The position numbers and the translations under genes were made by a program. Positions 27,220 to 41,800 of a stretch of 64,000 nucleotides of DNA are shown here, piece after piece; the stretch's first letter is position 1; every line of letters starts with the position of its first letter. The notes under the pieces were generated by a model. That model did no database searches. It was not told where the DNA came from and saw only the letters and a list, made by a program, of their open reading frames with translations. The DNA is from the human T2T-CHM13v2.0 reference genome, Homo sapiens: the NCBI RefSeq assembly GCF_009914755.1, contig NC_060931.1; one strand, written 5' to 3'.

Positions 27220-30200
27220 GAATTCTCAGTAACTTCTTTGTGCTGTGTGTATTCAACTCACAGAGTGGAACGTCCCTTTGCACAGAGCAGATTTGAAACA
27301 CTCTTTTTGTGGAGTTTGCTAGTGGAGATTTCAAGCGATTTGATGCCAACAGTAGAAAAGGAAATATCTTCAAATAAAAACTAGACAGAATCATTCTCAG
27401 AAACTACTTTGTGATGTGTGCCTTTAACTCACAGAGTTTAACCTTTCTTTTCATAGAGCAGTTTGGAAACACTCTGTTTGTAAAGTCTGCAAGTGGATAT
27501 TTGGACCTCTTTGAGGCCTTCGTTGCAAACGGGGTTTCTTCCTTTCATGCTAGACTAAGAAGAGTTCTCAGTAACTTTTTTGTGTTGTGTGTATTCAACT
27601 CACAGAGTTGAACCTTGCTTTAGAGAGAGCAGATTTGAAACACTCTTGCTGTGGCATTTTCAGGTGGAGATTTCAAGCGATTTGAGGACAATTGCAGAAA
27701 AGGAAATATCTTCGTATAATAACCAGACAGAATCATTCTCAGAAAGTGCTTTGTGATGTGTGCGTTCAACTCACAGAGTTTAACCTTTCTTTTCATAGAG
27801 GAGCTTCGAAACACACTGTTTGTAATGTCTGCAATTGGATATATGGACCTGTTTGAGGCCTCCGTTGGAAACGGGATTTCTTCATTGAATGCTAGACGGA
27901 AGAATTCTCAGTAAATTCTTTGTGTTGTGTGCATTCAACTCACAGAGTGGAACGTCCCTTTAGACAGAGCAGATTTGAAACACTCTTTTTGCGGAATTTG
28001 CAAGTGGAGATTTCTAGCCATTTGATGTCAACAGTAGAAAGGGAAATATCTTCAAATAAAAACCAGACAGAATCATTCTCAGAAAATTCGTTGTGATGTG
28101 TGTGTTCAACTCACATAGTTTAACCTTTCTTTTCATAGAGCAGTTTGGAAACACTCTGTTTGTAAAGTCTGCAAGTGGATATATGGACCGCATTGAGGCC
28201 TTCGTTGGAAACGGGATTTCTTCATTTCATGCTAGACAGAAGAATTCTCAGTAACTTCTTTGTGCTGTGTGTATTCAACTCACAGAGTGGAACGTCCCTT
28301 TGCACAGAGCAGATTTGAAACACTCTTTTTGTGGAGTTTGCAAGTGGAGATTTCAAGCGATTTTATGCCAACAGTAGAAAAGGAAATATCTTCAAATAAA
28401 AACTAGACAGAATCATTCTCAGAAACTACTTTGTGATGTGTGCCTTCAACTCACAGAGTTTAACCTTTCTTTTCTTAGAGCAGTTTAGAAACACTCTGCT
28501 TGTTATGTCTGCAAGTGGATATTTGGACCTCTTTGAGGCCTTCGTTGCAAACGGGGTTTCTTCCTTTAATGCTAGACTAAGAAGAGTTCTCAGTAACTTT
28601 TTTGTGTTGTGTGTATTCAACTCACAGAGTTGAACCTTGCTTTAGAGAGAGCAGATTTGAAACACTCTCGCTGTGGAATTTTCAGGTGGAGATTTCAAGC
28701 GATTTGAGGACAATTGCAGAAAAGGAAATATCTTCGTATAATAACCAGACAGAATCATTCTCAGAAAGTGCTTTGTGATGTGTGCGTTCAACTCACAGAG
28801 TTTAACCTTTCTTTTCATAGAGGAGTTTGGAAACACACTGTTTGTAAAGTCTGCAATTGGATATATGGACCTGTTTGAGGCCTTCGTTGGAAACGGGATT
28901 TCTTCATTGAATGCTAGACGGAAGGATTCTCAGTAAATTCTTTGTGTTGTGTGCATTCAACTCACAGAGTGGAACGTCCCTTTAGACAGAGCAGATTTGA
29001 AACACTCTTTTTGCGGAATTTGCAAGTGGAGATTTCTAGCCATTTGATGCCAACAGTAGAAAGGGAAATATCTTCAAATAAAAACCAGACAGAATCATTC
29101 TCAGAAAATTCTTTGTGATGTGTGCGTTCAACTCACATAGTTTAACCTTTCTTTTCATAGAGCAGTTTGGAAACACTCTGTTTGTAAAGTCTGCAAGTGG
29201 ATATATGGACCGCATTGAGGCCTTCGTTGGAAACGGGATTTCTTCATTTCATACTAGACAGAAGAATTCTCAGTAACTTCTTTGTGCTGTGTGTATTCAA
29301 CTCACAGAGTGGAACGTCCCTTTGCACAGAGCAGATTTGAAACACTCTTTTTGTGGAGTTTGCAAGTGGAGATTTCAAGCGATTTGATGCCGACAGTAGA
29401 AAAGGAAATATCTTCAAATAAAAACTAGACAGAATCATTCTCAGAAACTACTTTGTGATGTGTGCCTTTAACTCACAGAGTTTAACCTTTCTTTTCTTAG
29501 AGCAGTTTAGAAACACTCTGCTTGTTATGTCTGCAAGTGGATATTTGGACCTCTTTGAGGCCTTCGTTGCAAACGGGGTTTCTTCCTTTCATGCTAGACT
29601 AAGAAGAGTTCTCAGTAACTTTTTTGTGTTGTGTGTATTCAACTCACAGAGTTGAACCTTGCTTTAGAGACAGCAGATTTGAAACACTCTTGCTGTGGCA
29701 TTTTCAGGTGGAGATTTCAAGCGATTTGAGGACAATTGCAGAAAAGGAAATATCTTCGTATAATAACCAGACAGAATCATTCTCAGAAAGTGCTTTGTGA
29801 TGTGTGCGTTCAACTCACAGAGTTTAACCTTTCTTTTCATAGAGGAGTTTGGAAACACACTGTTTGTAAAGTCTGCAATTGGATATATGGACCTGTTTGA
29901 GGCCTCCGTTGGAAACGGGATTTCTTCATTGAATGCTAGACGGAAGAATTCTCAGTAAATTCTTTGTGTTGTGTGCATTCAACTCACAGAGTGGAACGTC
30001 CCTTTAGACAGAGCAGATTTGAAACACTCTTTTTGCGGAATTTGCAAGTGGAGATTTCTAGCCATTTGATGTCAACAGTAGAAAGGGAAATATCTTCAAA
30101 TAAAAACCAGACAGAATCATTCTCAGAAAATTCTTTGTGATGTGTGTGTTCAACTCACATAGTTTAACCTTTCTTTTCATAGAGCAGTTTGGAAACACGC

Positions 30201-33049
30201 TGTTTGTAAAGTCTGCAAGTGGATATATGGACCGCATTGAGGCCTTCGTTGGAAACGGGATTTCTTCATTTCATGCTAGACAGAAGAATTCTCAGTAACT
30301 TCTTTGTGCTGTGTGTATTCAACTCACAGAGTGGAACGTCCCTTTGCACAGAGCAGATTTGAAACACTCTTTTTGTGGAGTTTGCAAGTGGAGATTTCAA
30401 GCGATTTGATGCCAACAGTAGAAAAGGAAATATCTTCAAATAAAAACTAGACAGAATCATTCTCAGAAACTACTTTGTGATGTGTGCCTTCAACTCACAG
30501 AGTTTAACCTTTCTTTTCTTAGAGCAGCTTAGAAACACTCTGCTTGTTATGTCTGCAAGTGGATATTTGGACCTCTTTGAGGCCTTCGTTGCAAACGGGG
30601 TTTCTTCCTTTAATGCTAGACTAAGAAGAGTTCTCAGTAACTTTTTTGTGTTGTGTGTATTCAACTCACAGAGTTGAACCTTGCTTTAGAGAGAGCAGAT
30701 TTGAAACACTCTTGCTGTGGCATTTTCAGGTGGAGATTTCAAGCGATTTGAGGACAATTGCAGAAAAGGAAATATCTTCGTATAATAACCAGACAGAATC
30801 ATTCTCAGAAAGTGCTTTGTGATGTGTGCGTTCAACTCACAGAGTTTAACCTTTCTTTTCATAGAGGAGTTTGGAAACACACTGTTTGTAAAGTCTGCAA
30901 GTGGATATATGGACCTGTTTGAGGCCTTCGTTGGAAACGGGATTTCTTCATTGAATGCTAGACGGAAGAATTCTCAGTAAATTCTTTGTGTTGTGTGCAT
31001 TCAACTCACAGAGTGGAACGTCCCTTTAGACAGAGCAGATTTGAAACACTCTTTTTGCGGAATTTGCAAGTGGAGATTTCTAGCCATTTGATGCCAACAG
31101 TAGAAAGGGAAATATCTTCAAATAAAAACCAGACAGAATCATTCTCAGAAAATTCTTTGTGATGTGTGCGTTCAACTCACATAGTTTAACCTTTCTTTTC
31201 ATAGAGCAGTTTGGAAACACTCTGTTTGTAAAGTCTGCAAGTGGATATATGGACCTCATTGAGGCCTTCGTTGGAAACGGGATTTCTTCATTTCATGCTA
31301 GACAGAAGAATTCTCAGTAACTTCTTTGTGCTGTGTGTATTCAACTCACAGAGTGGAACGTCCCTTTGCACAGAGCAGATTTGAAACACTCTTTTTGTGG
31401 AGTTTGCAAGTGGAGATTTCAAGCGATTTGATGCCAACAGTAGAGAAGGAAATATCTTCAAATAAAAACTAGACACAATCATTCTCAGAAACTACTTTGT
31501 GATGTGTGCCTTCAACTCACAGAGTTCAACCTTTCTTTTCTTAGAGCAGTTTAGAAACACTCTGCTTGTTATGTCTGCAAGTGGATATTTGGACCTCTTT
31601 GAGGCCTTCGTTGCAAACGGGGTTTCTTCCTTTCATACTAGACTAAGAAGAGTTCTCAGTAACTTTTTTGTGTTGTGTGTATTCAACTCACAGAGTTGAA
31701 ACTTGCTTTAGAGAGAGCAGATTTGAAACACTCTTGCTGTGGCATTTTCAGGTGGAGATTTCAAGCGATTTGAGGACAATTGCAGAAAAGGAAATATCTT
31801 CGTATAATAACCAGACAGAATCATTCTCAGAAAGTGCTTTGTGATGTGTGCGTTCAACTCACAGAGTTTAACCTTTCTTTTCATAGAGGAGCTTGGAAAC
31901 ACCCTGTTTGTAAAGTCTGCAATTGGATATATGGACCTGTTTGAGGCTTCCGTTGGAAACGGGATTTCTTCATTGAATGCTAGACGGAAGAATTCTCAGT
32001 AAATTCTTTGTGTTGTGTGCATTCAACTCACAGAGTGGAACGTCCCTTTAGACAGAGCAGATTTGAAACACTCTTTTTGCGGAATTTGCAAGTGGAGATT
32101 TCTAGCCATTTGATGCCAACAGTAGAAAGGGAAATATCTTCAAATAAAAACCAGACAGAATCATTCTCAGAAAATTCTTTGTGATGTGTGCGTTCAACTC
32201 ACATAGTTTAACCTTTCTTTTCATAGAGCAGTTTGGAAACACTCTGTTTGTAAAGTCTGCAAGTGGATATATGGACCGCATTGAGGCCTTCGTTGGAAAC
32301 GGGATTTCTTCATTTCATGCTAGACAGAAGAATTCTCAGTAACTTCTTTGTGCTGTGTGTATTCAACTCACAGAGTGGAACGTCCCTTTGCACAGAGCAG
32401 ATTTGAAACACTCTTTTTGTGGAGTTTGCAAGTGGAGATTTCAAGCGATTTGATGCCAACAGTAGAAAAGGAAATATCTTCAAATAAAAACTAGACAGAA
32501 TCATTCTCAGAAACTACTTTGTGATGTGTGCCTTCAACTCACAGAGTTTAACCTTTCTTTTCTTAGAGCAGTTTAGAAACACTCTGCTTGTTATGTCTGC
32601 AAGTGGATATTTGGACCTCTTTGAGGCCTTCGTTGCAAACGGGGTTTCTTCCTTTCATGCTAGACTAAGAAGAGTTCTCAGTAACTTTTTTGTGTTGTGT
32701 GTATTCAACTCACAGATTTGAACCTTGCTTTAGAGAGAGCAGATTTGAAACACTCTTGCTGTGGCATTTTCAGGTGGAGATTTCAAGCGATTTGAGGACA
32801 ATTGCAGAAAAGGAAATATCTTCGTATAATAACCAGACAGAATCATTCTCAGAAAGTGCTTTGTGATGTGTGCGTTCAACTCACAGAGTTTAACCTTTCT
32901 TTTCATAGAGGAGTTTGGAAACACACTGTTTGTAAAGTCTGCAATTGGATATATGGACCTGTTTGAGGCCTTCGTTGGAAACGGGATTTCTTCATTGAAT
33001 GCTAGACGGAAGGAATCTCAGTAAATTCTTTGTGTTGTGTGCATTCAAC

Positions 33050-36000
33050 TCACAGAGTGGAACGTCCCTTTAGACAGAGCAGATTTGAAACACTCTTTTT
33101 GCGGAATTTGCAAGTGGAGATTTCTAGCCATTTGATGCCAACAGTAGAAAGGGAAATATCTTCAAATAAAAACCAGACAGAATCATTCTCAGAAAATTCT
33201 TTGTGATGTGTGCGTTCAACTCACATAGTTTAACCTTTCTTTTCATAGAGCAGTTTGGAAACACTCTGTTTGTAAAGTCTGCAAGTGGATATATGGACCG
33301 CATTGAGGCCTTCGTTGGAAACGGGATTTCTTCATTTCATGCTAGACAGAAGAATTCTCAGTAACTTCTTTGTGCTGTGTGTATTCAACTCACAGAGTGG
33401 AACGTCCCTTTGCACAGAGCAGATTTGAAACACTCTTTTTGTGGAGTTTGCAAGTGGAGATTTCAAGCGATTTGATGCCAACAGTAGAAAAGGAAATATC
33501 TTCAAATAAAAACTAGACAGAATCATTCTCAGAAACTACTTTGTGATGTGTGCCTTCAACTCACAGAGTTTAACCTTTCTTTTCTTAGAGCAGTTTAGAA
33601 ACACTCTGCTTGTTATGTCTGCAAGTGGATATTTGGACCTCTTTGAGGCCTTCGTTGCAAACGGGGTTTCTTCCTTTCATGCTAGACTAAGAAGAGTTCT
33701 CAGTAACTTTTTTGTGTTGTGTGTATTCAACTCACAGAGTTGAACCTTGCTTTAGAGAGAGCAGATTTGAAACACTCTTGCTGTGGCATTTTCAGGTGGA
33801 GATTTCAAGCGATTTGAGGACAATTGCAGAAAAGGAAATATCTTCGTATAATAACCAGACAGAATCATTCTCAGAAAGTGCTTTGTGATGTGTGCGTTCA
33901 ACTCACAGAGTTTAACCTTTCTTTTCATAGAGGAGTTTGGAAACACACTGTTTGTAAAGTCTGCAAGTGGATACATGGACCTGTTTGAGGCCTTCGTTGG
34001 AAACGGGATTTCTTCATTGAATGCTAGACGGAAGAATTCTCAGTAAATTCTTTGTGTTGTGTGCATTCAACTCACAGAGTGGAACGTCCCTTTAGACAGA
34101 GCAGATTTGAAACTCTCTTTTTGCGGAATTTGCAAGTGGAGATTTCTAGCCATTTGATGCCAACAGTAGAAAGGGAAATATCTTCAAATAAAAACCAGAC
34201 AGAATCATTCTCAGAAAATTCTTTGTGATGTGTGCGTTCAACTCACATAGTTTAACCTTTCTTTTCATAGAGCAGTTTGGAAACACTCTGTTTGTAAAGT
34301 CTGCAAGTGGATATATGGACCGCATTGAGGCCTTCGTTGGAAACGGGATTTCTTCATTTCATGCTAGACAGAAGAATTCTCAGTAACTTCTTTGTGCTGT
34401 GTGTATTCAACTCACAGAGTGGAACGTCCCTTTACACAGAGCAGATTTGAAACACTCTTTTTGTGGAGTTTGCAAGTGGAGATTTCAAGCGATTTGATGC
34501 CAACAGTAGAAAAGGAAATATCTTCAAATAAAAACTAGACAGAATCATTCTCAGAAACTACTTTGTGATGTGTGCCTTCAACTCACAGAGTTTAACCTTT
34601 CTTTTCTTAGAGCAGTTTAGAAACACTCTGCTTGTTATGTCTGCAAGTGGATATTTGGACCTCTTTGAGGCCTTCGTTGCAAACGGGGTTTCTTCCTTTC
34701 ATGCTAGACTAAGAAGAGTTCTCAGTAACTTTTTTGTGTTGTGTGTATTCAACTCACAGAGTTGAACCTTGCTTTAGAGAGAGCAGATTTGAAACACTCT
34801 TGCTGTGGCATTTTCAGGTGGAGATTTCAAGCGATTTGAGGACAATTGCAGAAAAGGAAATATCTTCGTATAATAACCAGACAGAATCATTCTCAGAAAG
34901 TGCTTTGTGATGTGTGCGTTCAACTCACAGAGTTTAACCTTTCTTTTCATAGAGGAGTTTGGAAACACACTGTTTGTAAAGTCTGCAAGTGGATATATGG
35001 ACCTGTTTGAGGCCTTCGTTGGAAACGGGATTTCTTCATTGAATGCTAGACGGAAGAATTCTCAGTAAATTCTTTGTGTTGTGTGCATTCAACTCACAGA
35101 GTGGAACGTCCCTTTAGACAGAGCAGATTTGAAACACTCTTTTTGCGGAATTTGCAAGTGGAGATTTCTAGCCATTTGATGCCAACAGTAGAAAGGGAAA
35201 TATCTTCAAATAAAAACCAGACAGAATCATTCTCAGAAAATTCTTTGTGATGTGTGCGTTCAACTCACATAGTTTAACCTTTCTTTTCATAGAGCAGTTT
35301 GGAAACACTCTGTTTGTAAAGTCTGCAAGTGGATATATGGACCGCATTGAGGCCTTCGTTGGAAACGGGATTTCTTCATTTCATGCTAGACAGAAGAATT
35401 CTCAGTAACTTCTTTGTGCTGTGTGTATTCAACTCACAGAGTGGAACGTCCCTTTGCACAGAGCAGATTTGAAACACTCTTTTTGTGGAGTTTGCAAGTG
35501 GAGATTTCAAGCGATTTGATGCCAACAGTAGAAAAGGAAATATCTTCAAATAAAAACTAGACAGAATCATTCTCAGAAACTACTTTGTGATGTGTGCCTT
35601 CAACTCACAGAGTTCAACCTTTCTTTTCTTAGAGCAGTTTAGAAACACTCTGCTTGTTATGTCTGCAAGTGGATATTTGGACCTCTTTGAGGCCTTCGTT
35701 GCAAACGGGGTTTCTTCCTTTCATGCTAGACTAAGAAGAGTTCTCAGTAACTTTTTTGTGTTGTGTGTATTCAACTCACAGAGTTGAACCTTGCTTTAGA
35801 GAGAGCAGATTTGAAACACTCTTGCTGTGGAATTTTCAGGTGGAGATTTCAAGCGATTTGAGGACAATTGCAGAAAAGGAAATATCTTCGTATAATAACC
35901 AGACAGAATCATTCTCAGAAAGTGCTTTGTGATGTGTGCGTTCAACTCACAGAGTTTAACCTTTCTTTTCATAGAGGAGCTTGGAAACACACTGTTGGTA

Positions 36001-39000
36001 AAGTCTGCAATTGGATATATGGACCTGTTTGAGGCTTCCGTTGGAAACGGGATTTCTTCATTGAATGCTAGACGGAAGAATTCTCAGTAAATTCTTTGTG
36101 TTGTGTGCATTCAACTCACAGAGTGGAACGTCCCTTTAGACAGAGCAGATTTGAAACACTCTTTTTGCGGAATTTGCAAGTGGAGATTTCTAGCCATTTG
36201 ATGCCAACAGTAGAAAGGGAAATATCTTCAAATAAAAACCAGACAGAATCATTCTCAGAAAATTCTTTGTGATGTGTGCGTTCAACTCACATAGTTTAAC
36301 CTTTCTTTTCATAGAGCAGTTTGGAAACACTCTGTTTGTAAAGTCTGCAAGTGGATATATGGACCGCATTGAGGCCTTCGTTGGAAACGGGATTTCTTCA
36401 TTTCATGCTAGACAGAAGAATTCTCAGTAACTTCTTTGTGCTGTGTGTATTCAACTCACAGAGTGGAACGTCCCTTTGCACAGAGCAGATTTGAAACACT
36501 CTTTTTGTGGAGTTTGCAAGTGGAGATTTCAAGCGATTTGATGCCAACAGTAGAAAAGGAAATATCTTCAAATAAAAACTAGACAGAATCATTCTCAGAA
36601 ACTACTTTGTGATGTGTGCCTTCAACTCACAGAGTTTAACCTTTCTTTTCTTAGAGCAGTTTAGAAACACTCTGCTTGTTATGTCTGCAAGTGGATATTT
36701 GGACCTCTTTGAGGCCTTCGTTGCAAACGGGGTTTCTTCCTTTAATGCTAGACTAAGAAGAGTTCTCAGTAACTTTTTTGTGTTGTGTGTATTCAACTCA
36801 CAGAGTTGAACCTTGCTTTAGAGAGAGCAGATTTGAAACACTCTTGCTGTGGCATTTTCAGGTGGAGATTTCAAGCGATTTGAGGACAATGGCAGAAAAG
36901 GAAATATCTTCGTATAAAAACCAGACAGAATCATTCTCAGAAAGTGCTTTGTGATGTGTGCGTTCAACTCACAGAGTTTAACCTTTCTTTTCATAGAGGA
37001 GTTTGGAAACACACTGTTTGTAAAGTCTGCAAGTGGATATATGGACCTGTTTGAGGCCTTCGTTGGAAACGGGATTTCTTCATTGAATGCTAGACGGAAG
37101 AATTCTCAGTAAATTCTTTGTGTTGTGTGCATTCAACTCACAGAGTGGAACGTCCCTTTAGACAGAGCAGATTTGAAACACTCTTTTTGCGGAATTTGCA
37201 AGTGGAGATTTCTAGCCATTTGATGCCAACAGTAGAAAGGGAAATATCTTCAAATAAAAACCAGACAGAATCATTCTCAGAAAATTCTTTGTGATGTGTG
37301 CGTTCAACTCACATAGTTTAACCTTTCTTTTCATAGAGCAGTTTGGAAACACTCTGTTTGTAAAGTCTGCAAGTGGATATATGGACCGCATTGAGGCCTT
37401 CGTTGGAAACGGGATTTCTTCATTTCATGCTAGACAGAAGAATTCTCAGTAACTTCTTTGTGCTGTGTGTATTCAACTCACAGAGTGGAACGTCCCTTTG
37501 CACAGAGCAGATTTGAAACACTCTTTTTGTGGAGTTTGCAAGTGGAGATTTCAAGCGATTTGATGCCAACAGTAGAAAAGGAAATATCTTCAAATAAAAA
37601 CTAGACAGAATCATTCTCAGAAACTACTTTGTGATGTGTGCCTTCAACTCACAGAGTTTAACCTTTCTTTTCTTAGAGCAGTTTAGAAACACTCTGCTTG
37701 TTATGTCTGCAAGTGGATATTTGGACCTCTTTGAGGCCTTCGTTGCAAACGGGGTTTCTTCCTTTCATGCTAGACTAAGAAGAGTTCTCAGTAACTTTTT
37801 TGTGTTGTGTGTATTCAACTCACAGAGTTGAACCTTGCTTTAGAGAGAGCAGATTTGAAACACTCTTGCTGTGGCATTTTCAGGTGGAGATTTCAAGCGA
37901 TTTGAGGACAATTGCAGAAAAGGAAATATCTTCGTATAATAACCAGACAGAATCATTCTCAGAAAGTGCTTTGTGATGTGTGCGTTCAACTCACAGAGTT
38001 TAACCTTTCTTTTCATAGAGGAGTTTGGAAACACACTGTTTGTAAAGTCTGCAAGTGGATACATGGACCTGTTTGAGGCCTTCGTTGGAAACGGGATTTC
38101 TTCATTGAATGCTAGACGGAAGAATTCTCAGTAAATTCTTTGTGTTGTGTGCATTCAACTCACAGAGTGTAACGTCCCTTTAGACAGAGCAGATTTGAAA
38201 CTCTCTTTTTGCGGAATTTGCAAGTGGAGATTTCTAGCCATTTGATGCCAACAGTAGAAAGGGAAATATCTTCAAATAAAAACCAGACAGAATCATTCTC
38301 AGAAAATTCTTTGTGATGTGTGCGTTCAACTCACATAGTTTAACCTTTCTTTTCATAGAGCAGTTTGGAAACACTCTGTTTGTAAAGTCTGCAAGTGGAT
38401 ATATGGACCGCATTGAGGCCTTCGTTGGAAACGGGATTTCTTCATTTCATGCTAGACAGAAGAATTCTCAGTAACTTCTTTGTGCTGTGTGTATTCAACT
38501 CACAGAGTGGAACGTCCCTTTACACAGAGCAGATTTGAAACACTCTTTTTGTGGAGTTTGCAAGTGGAGATTTCAAGCGATTTGATGCCAACAGTAGAAA
38601 AGGAAATATCTTCAAATAAAAACTAGACAGAATCATTCTCAGAAACTACTTTGTGATGTGTGCCTTCAACTCACAGAGTTTAACCTTTCTTTTCTTAGAG
38701 CAGTTTAGAAACACTCTGCTTGTTATGTCTGCAAGTGGATATTTGGACCTCTTTGAGGCCTTCGTTGCAAACGGGGTTTCTTCCTTTCATGCTAGACTAA
38801 GAAGAGTTCTCAGTAACTTTTTTGTGTTGTGTGTATTCAACTCACAGAGTTGAACCTTGCTTTAGAGAGAGCAGATTTGAAACACTCTTGCTGTGGCATT
38901 TTCAGGTGGAGATTTCAAGCGATTTGAGGACAATTGCAGAAAAGGAAATATCTTCGTATAATAACCAGACAGAATCATTCTCAGAAAGTGCTTTGTGATG

Positions 39001-41800
39001 TGTGCGTTCAACTCACAGAGTTTAACCTTTCTTTTCATAGAGGAGTTTGGAAACACACTGTTTGTAAAGTCTGCAAGTGGATATATGGACCTGTTTCAGG
39101 CCTTCGTTGGAAACGGGATTTCTTCATTGAATGCTAGACGGAAGAATTCTCAGTAAATTCTTTGTGTTGTGTGCATTCAACTCACAGAGTGGAACGTCCC
39201 TTTAGACAGAGCAGATTTGAAACACTCTTTTTGCGGAATTTGCAAGTGGAGATTTCTAGCCATTTGATGCCAACAGTAGAAAGGGAAATATCTTCAAATA
39301 AAAACCAGACAGAATCATTCTCAGAAAATTCTTTGTGATGTGTGCGTTCAACTCACATAGTTTAACCTTTCTTTTCATAGAGCAGTTTGGAAACACTCTG
39401 TTTGTAAAGTCTGCAAGTGGATATATGGACCGCATTGAGGCCTTCGTTGGAAACGGGATTTCTTCATTTCATGCTAGACAGAAGAATTCTCAGTAACTTC
39501 TTTGTGCTGTGTGTATTCAACTCACAGAGTGGAACGTCCCTTTGCACAGAGCAGATTTGAAACACTCTTTTTGTGGAGTTTGCAAGTGGAGATTTCAAGC
39601 GATTTGATGCCAACAGTAGAAAAGGAAATATCTTCAAATAAAAACTAGACAGAATCATTCTCAGAAACTACTTTGTGATGTGTGCCTTCAACTCACAGAG
39701 TTCAACCTTTCTTTTCTTAGAGCAGTTTAGAAACACTCTGCTTGTTATGTCTGCAAGTGGATATTTGGACCTCTTTGAGGCCTTCGTTGCAAACGGGGTT
39801 TCTTCCTTTCATGCTAGACTAAGAAGAGTTCTCAGTAACTTTTTTGTGTTGTGTGTATTCAACTCACAGAGTTGAACCTTGCTTTAGAGAGAGCAGATTT
39901 GAAACACTCTTGCTGTGGAATTTTCAGGTGGAGATTTCAAGCGATTTGAGGACAATTGCAGAAAAGGAAATATCTTCGTATAATAACCAGACAGAATCAT
40001 TCTCAGAAAGTGCTTTGTGATGTGTGCGTTCAACTCACAGAGTTTAACCTTTCTTTTCATAGAGGAGCTTGGAAACACACTGTTGGTAAAGTCTGCAATT
40101 GGATATATGGACCTGTTTGAGGCTTCCGTTGGAAACGGGATTTCTTCATTGAATGCTAGACGGAAGAATTCTCAGTAAATTCTTTGTGTTGTGTGCATTC
40201 AACTCACAGAGTGGAACGTCCCTTTAGACAGAGCAGATTTGAAACACTCTTTTTGCGGAATTTGCAAGTGGAGATTTCTAGCCATTTGATGCCAACAGTA
40301 GAAAGGGAAATATCTTCAAATAAAAACCAGACAGAATCATTCTCAGAAAATTCTTTGTGATGTGTGCGTTCAACTCACATAGTTTAACCTTTCTTTTCAT
40401 AGAGCAGTTTGGAAACACTCTGTTTGTAAAGTCTGCAAGTGGATATATGGACCGAATTGAGGCCTTCGTTGGAAACGGGATTTCTTCATTTCATGCTAGA
40501 CAGAAGAATTCTCAGTAACTTCTTTGTGCTGTGTGTATTCAACTCACAGAGTGGAACGTCCCTTTGCACAGAGCAGATTTGAAACACTCTTTTTGTGGAG
40601 TTTGCAAGTGGAGATTTCAAGCGATTTGATGCCAACAGTAGAAAAGGAAATATCTTCAAATAAAAACTAGACAGAATCATTCTCAGAAACTACTTTGTGA
40701 TGTGTGCCTTCAACTCACAGAGTTTAACCTTTCTTTTCTTAGAGCAGTTTAGAAACACTCTGCTTGTTATGTCTGCAAGTGGATATTTGGACCTCTTTGA
40801 GGCCTTCGTTGCAAACGGGGTTTCTTCCTTTAATGCTAGACTAAGAAGAGTTCTCAGTAACTTTTTTGTGTTGTGTGTATTCAACTCACAGAGTTGAACC
40901 TTGCTTTAGAGAGAGCAGATTTGAAACACTCTTGCTGTGGCATTTTCAGGTGGAGATTTCAAGCGATTTGAGGACAATGGCAGAAAAGGAAATATCTTCG
41001 TATAAAAACCAGACAGAATCATTCTCAGAAAGTGCTTTGTGATGTGTGCGTTCAACTCACAGAGTTTAACCTTTCTTTTCATAGAGGAGTTTGGAAACAC
41101 ACTGTTTGTAAAGTCTGCAAGTGGATATATGGACCTGTTTGAGGCCTTCGTTGGAAACGGGATTTCTTCATTGAATGCTAGACGGAAGAATTCTCAGTAA
41201 ATTCTTTGTGTTGTGTGCATTCAACTCACAGAGTGGAACGTCCCTTTAGACAGAGCAGATTTGAAACACTCTTTTTGCGGAATTTGCAAGTGGAGATTTC
41301 TAGCCATTTGATGCCAACAGTAGAAAGGGAAATATCTTCAAATAAAAACCAGACAGAATCATTCTCAGAAAATTCTTTGTGATGTGTGCGTTCAACTCAC
41401 ATAGTTTAACCTTTCTTTTCATAGAGCAGTTTGGAAACACTCTGTTTGTAAAGTCTGCAAGTGGATATATGGACCGCATTGAGGCCTTCGTTGGAAACGG
41501 GATTTCTTCATTTCATGCTAGACAGAAGAATTCTCAGTAACTTCTTTGTGCTGTGTGTATTCAACTCACAGAGTGGAACGTCCCTTTGCACAGAGCAGAT
41601 TTGAAACACTCTTTTTGTGGAGTTTGCAAGTGGAGATTTCAAGCGATTTGATGCCAACAGTAGAAAAGGAAATATCTTCAAATAAAAACTAGACAGAATC
41701 ATTCTCAGAAACTACTTTGTGATGTGTGCCTTCAACTCACAGAGTTTAACCTTTCTTTTCTTAGAGCAGTTTAGAAACACTCTGCTTGTTATGTCTGCAA
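33050..41800 (+). repeat. Tandem duplication of a 4-HOR block (period 4088 bp)
   Basis: GGATACATGG (33974/38062), AAACTCTC, GAGTTCAACC, TGTTGGTA, GGCTTCCG and CAATGGC/TATAAAAACC all repeat at +4088. Confidence 0.88.

Noticed and set aside
24481-29430. Possible D7Z2 (16-mer, ~2.7 kb) sequence
   Set aside because: The size match is coincidental. The 2726-bp unit is made of the same six monomers as the rest of the array (4+6+6), not a distinct divergent monomer set.
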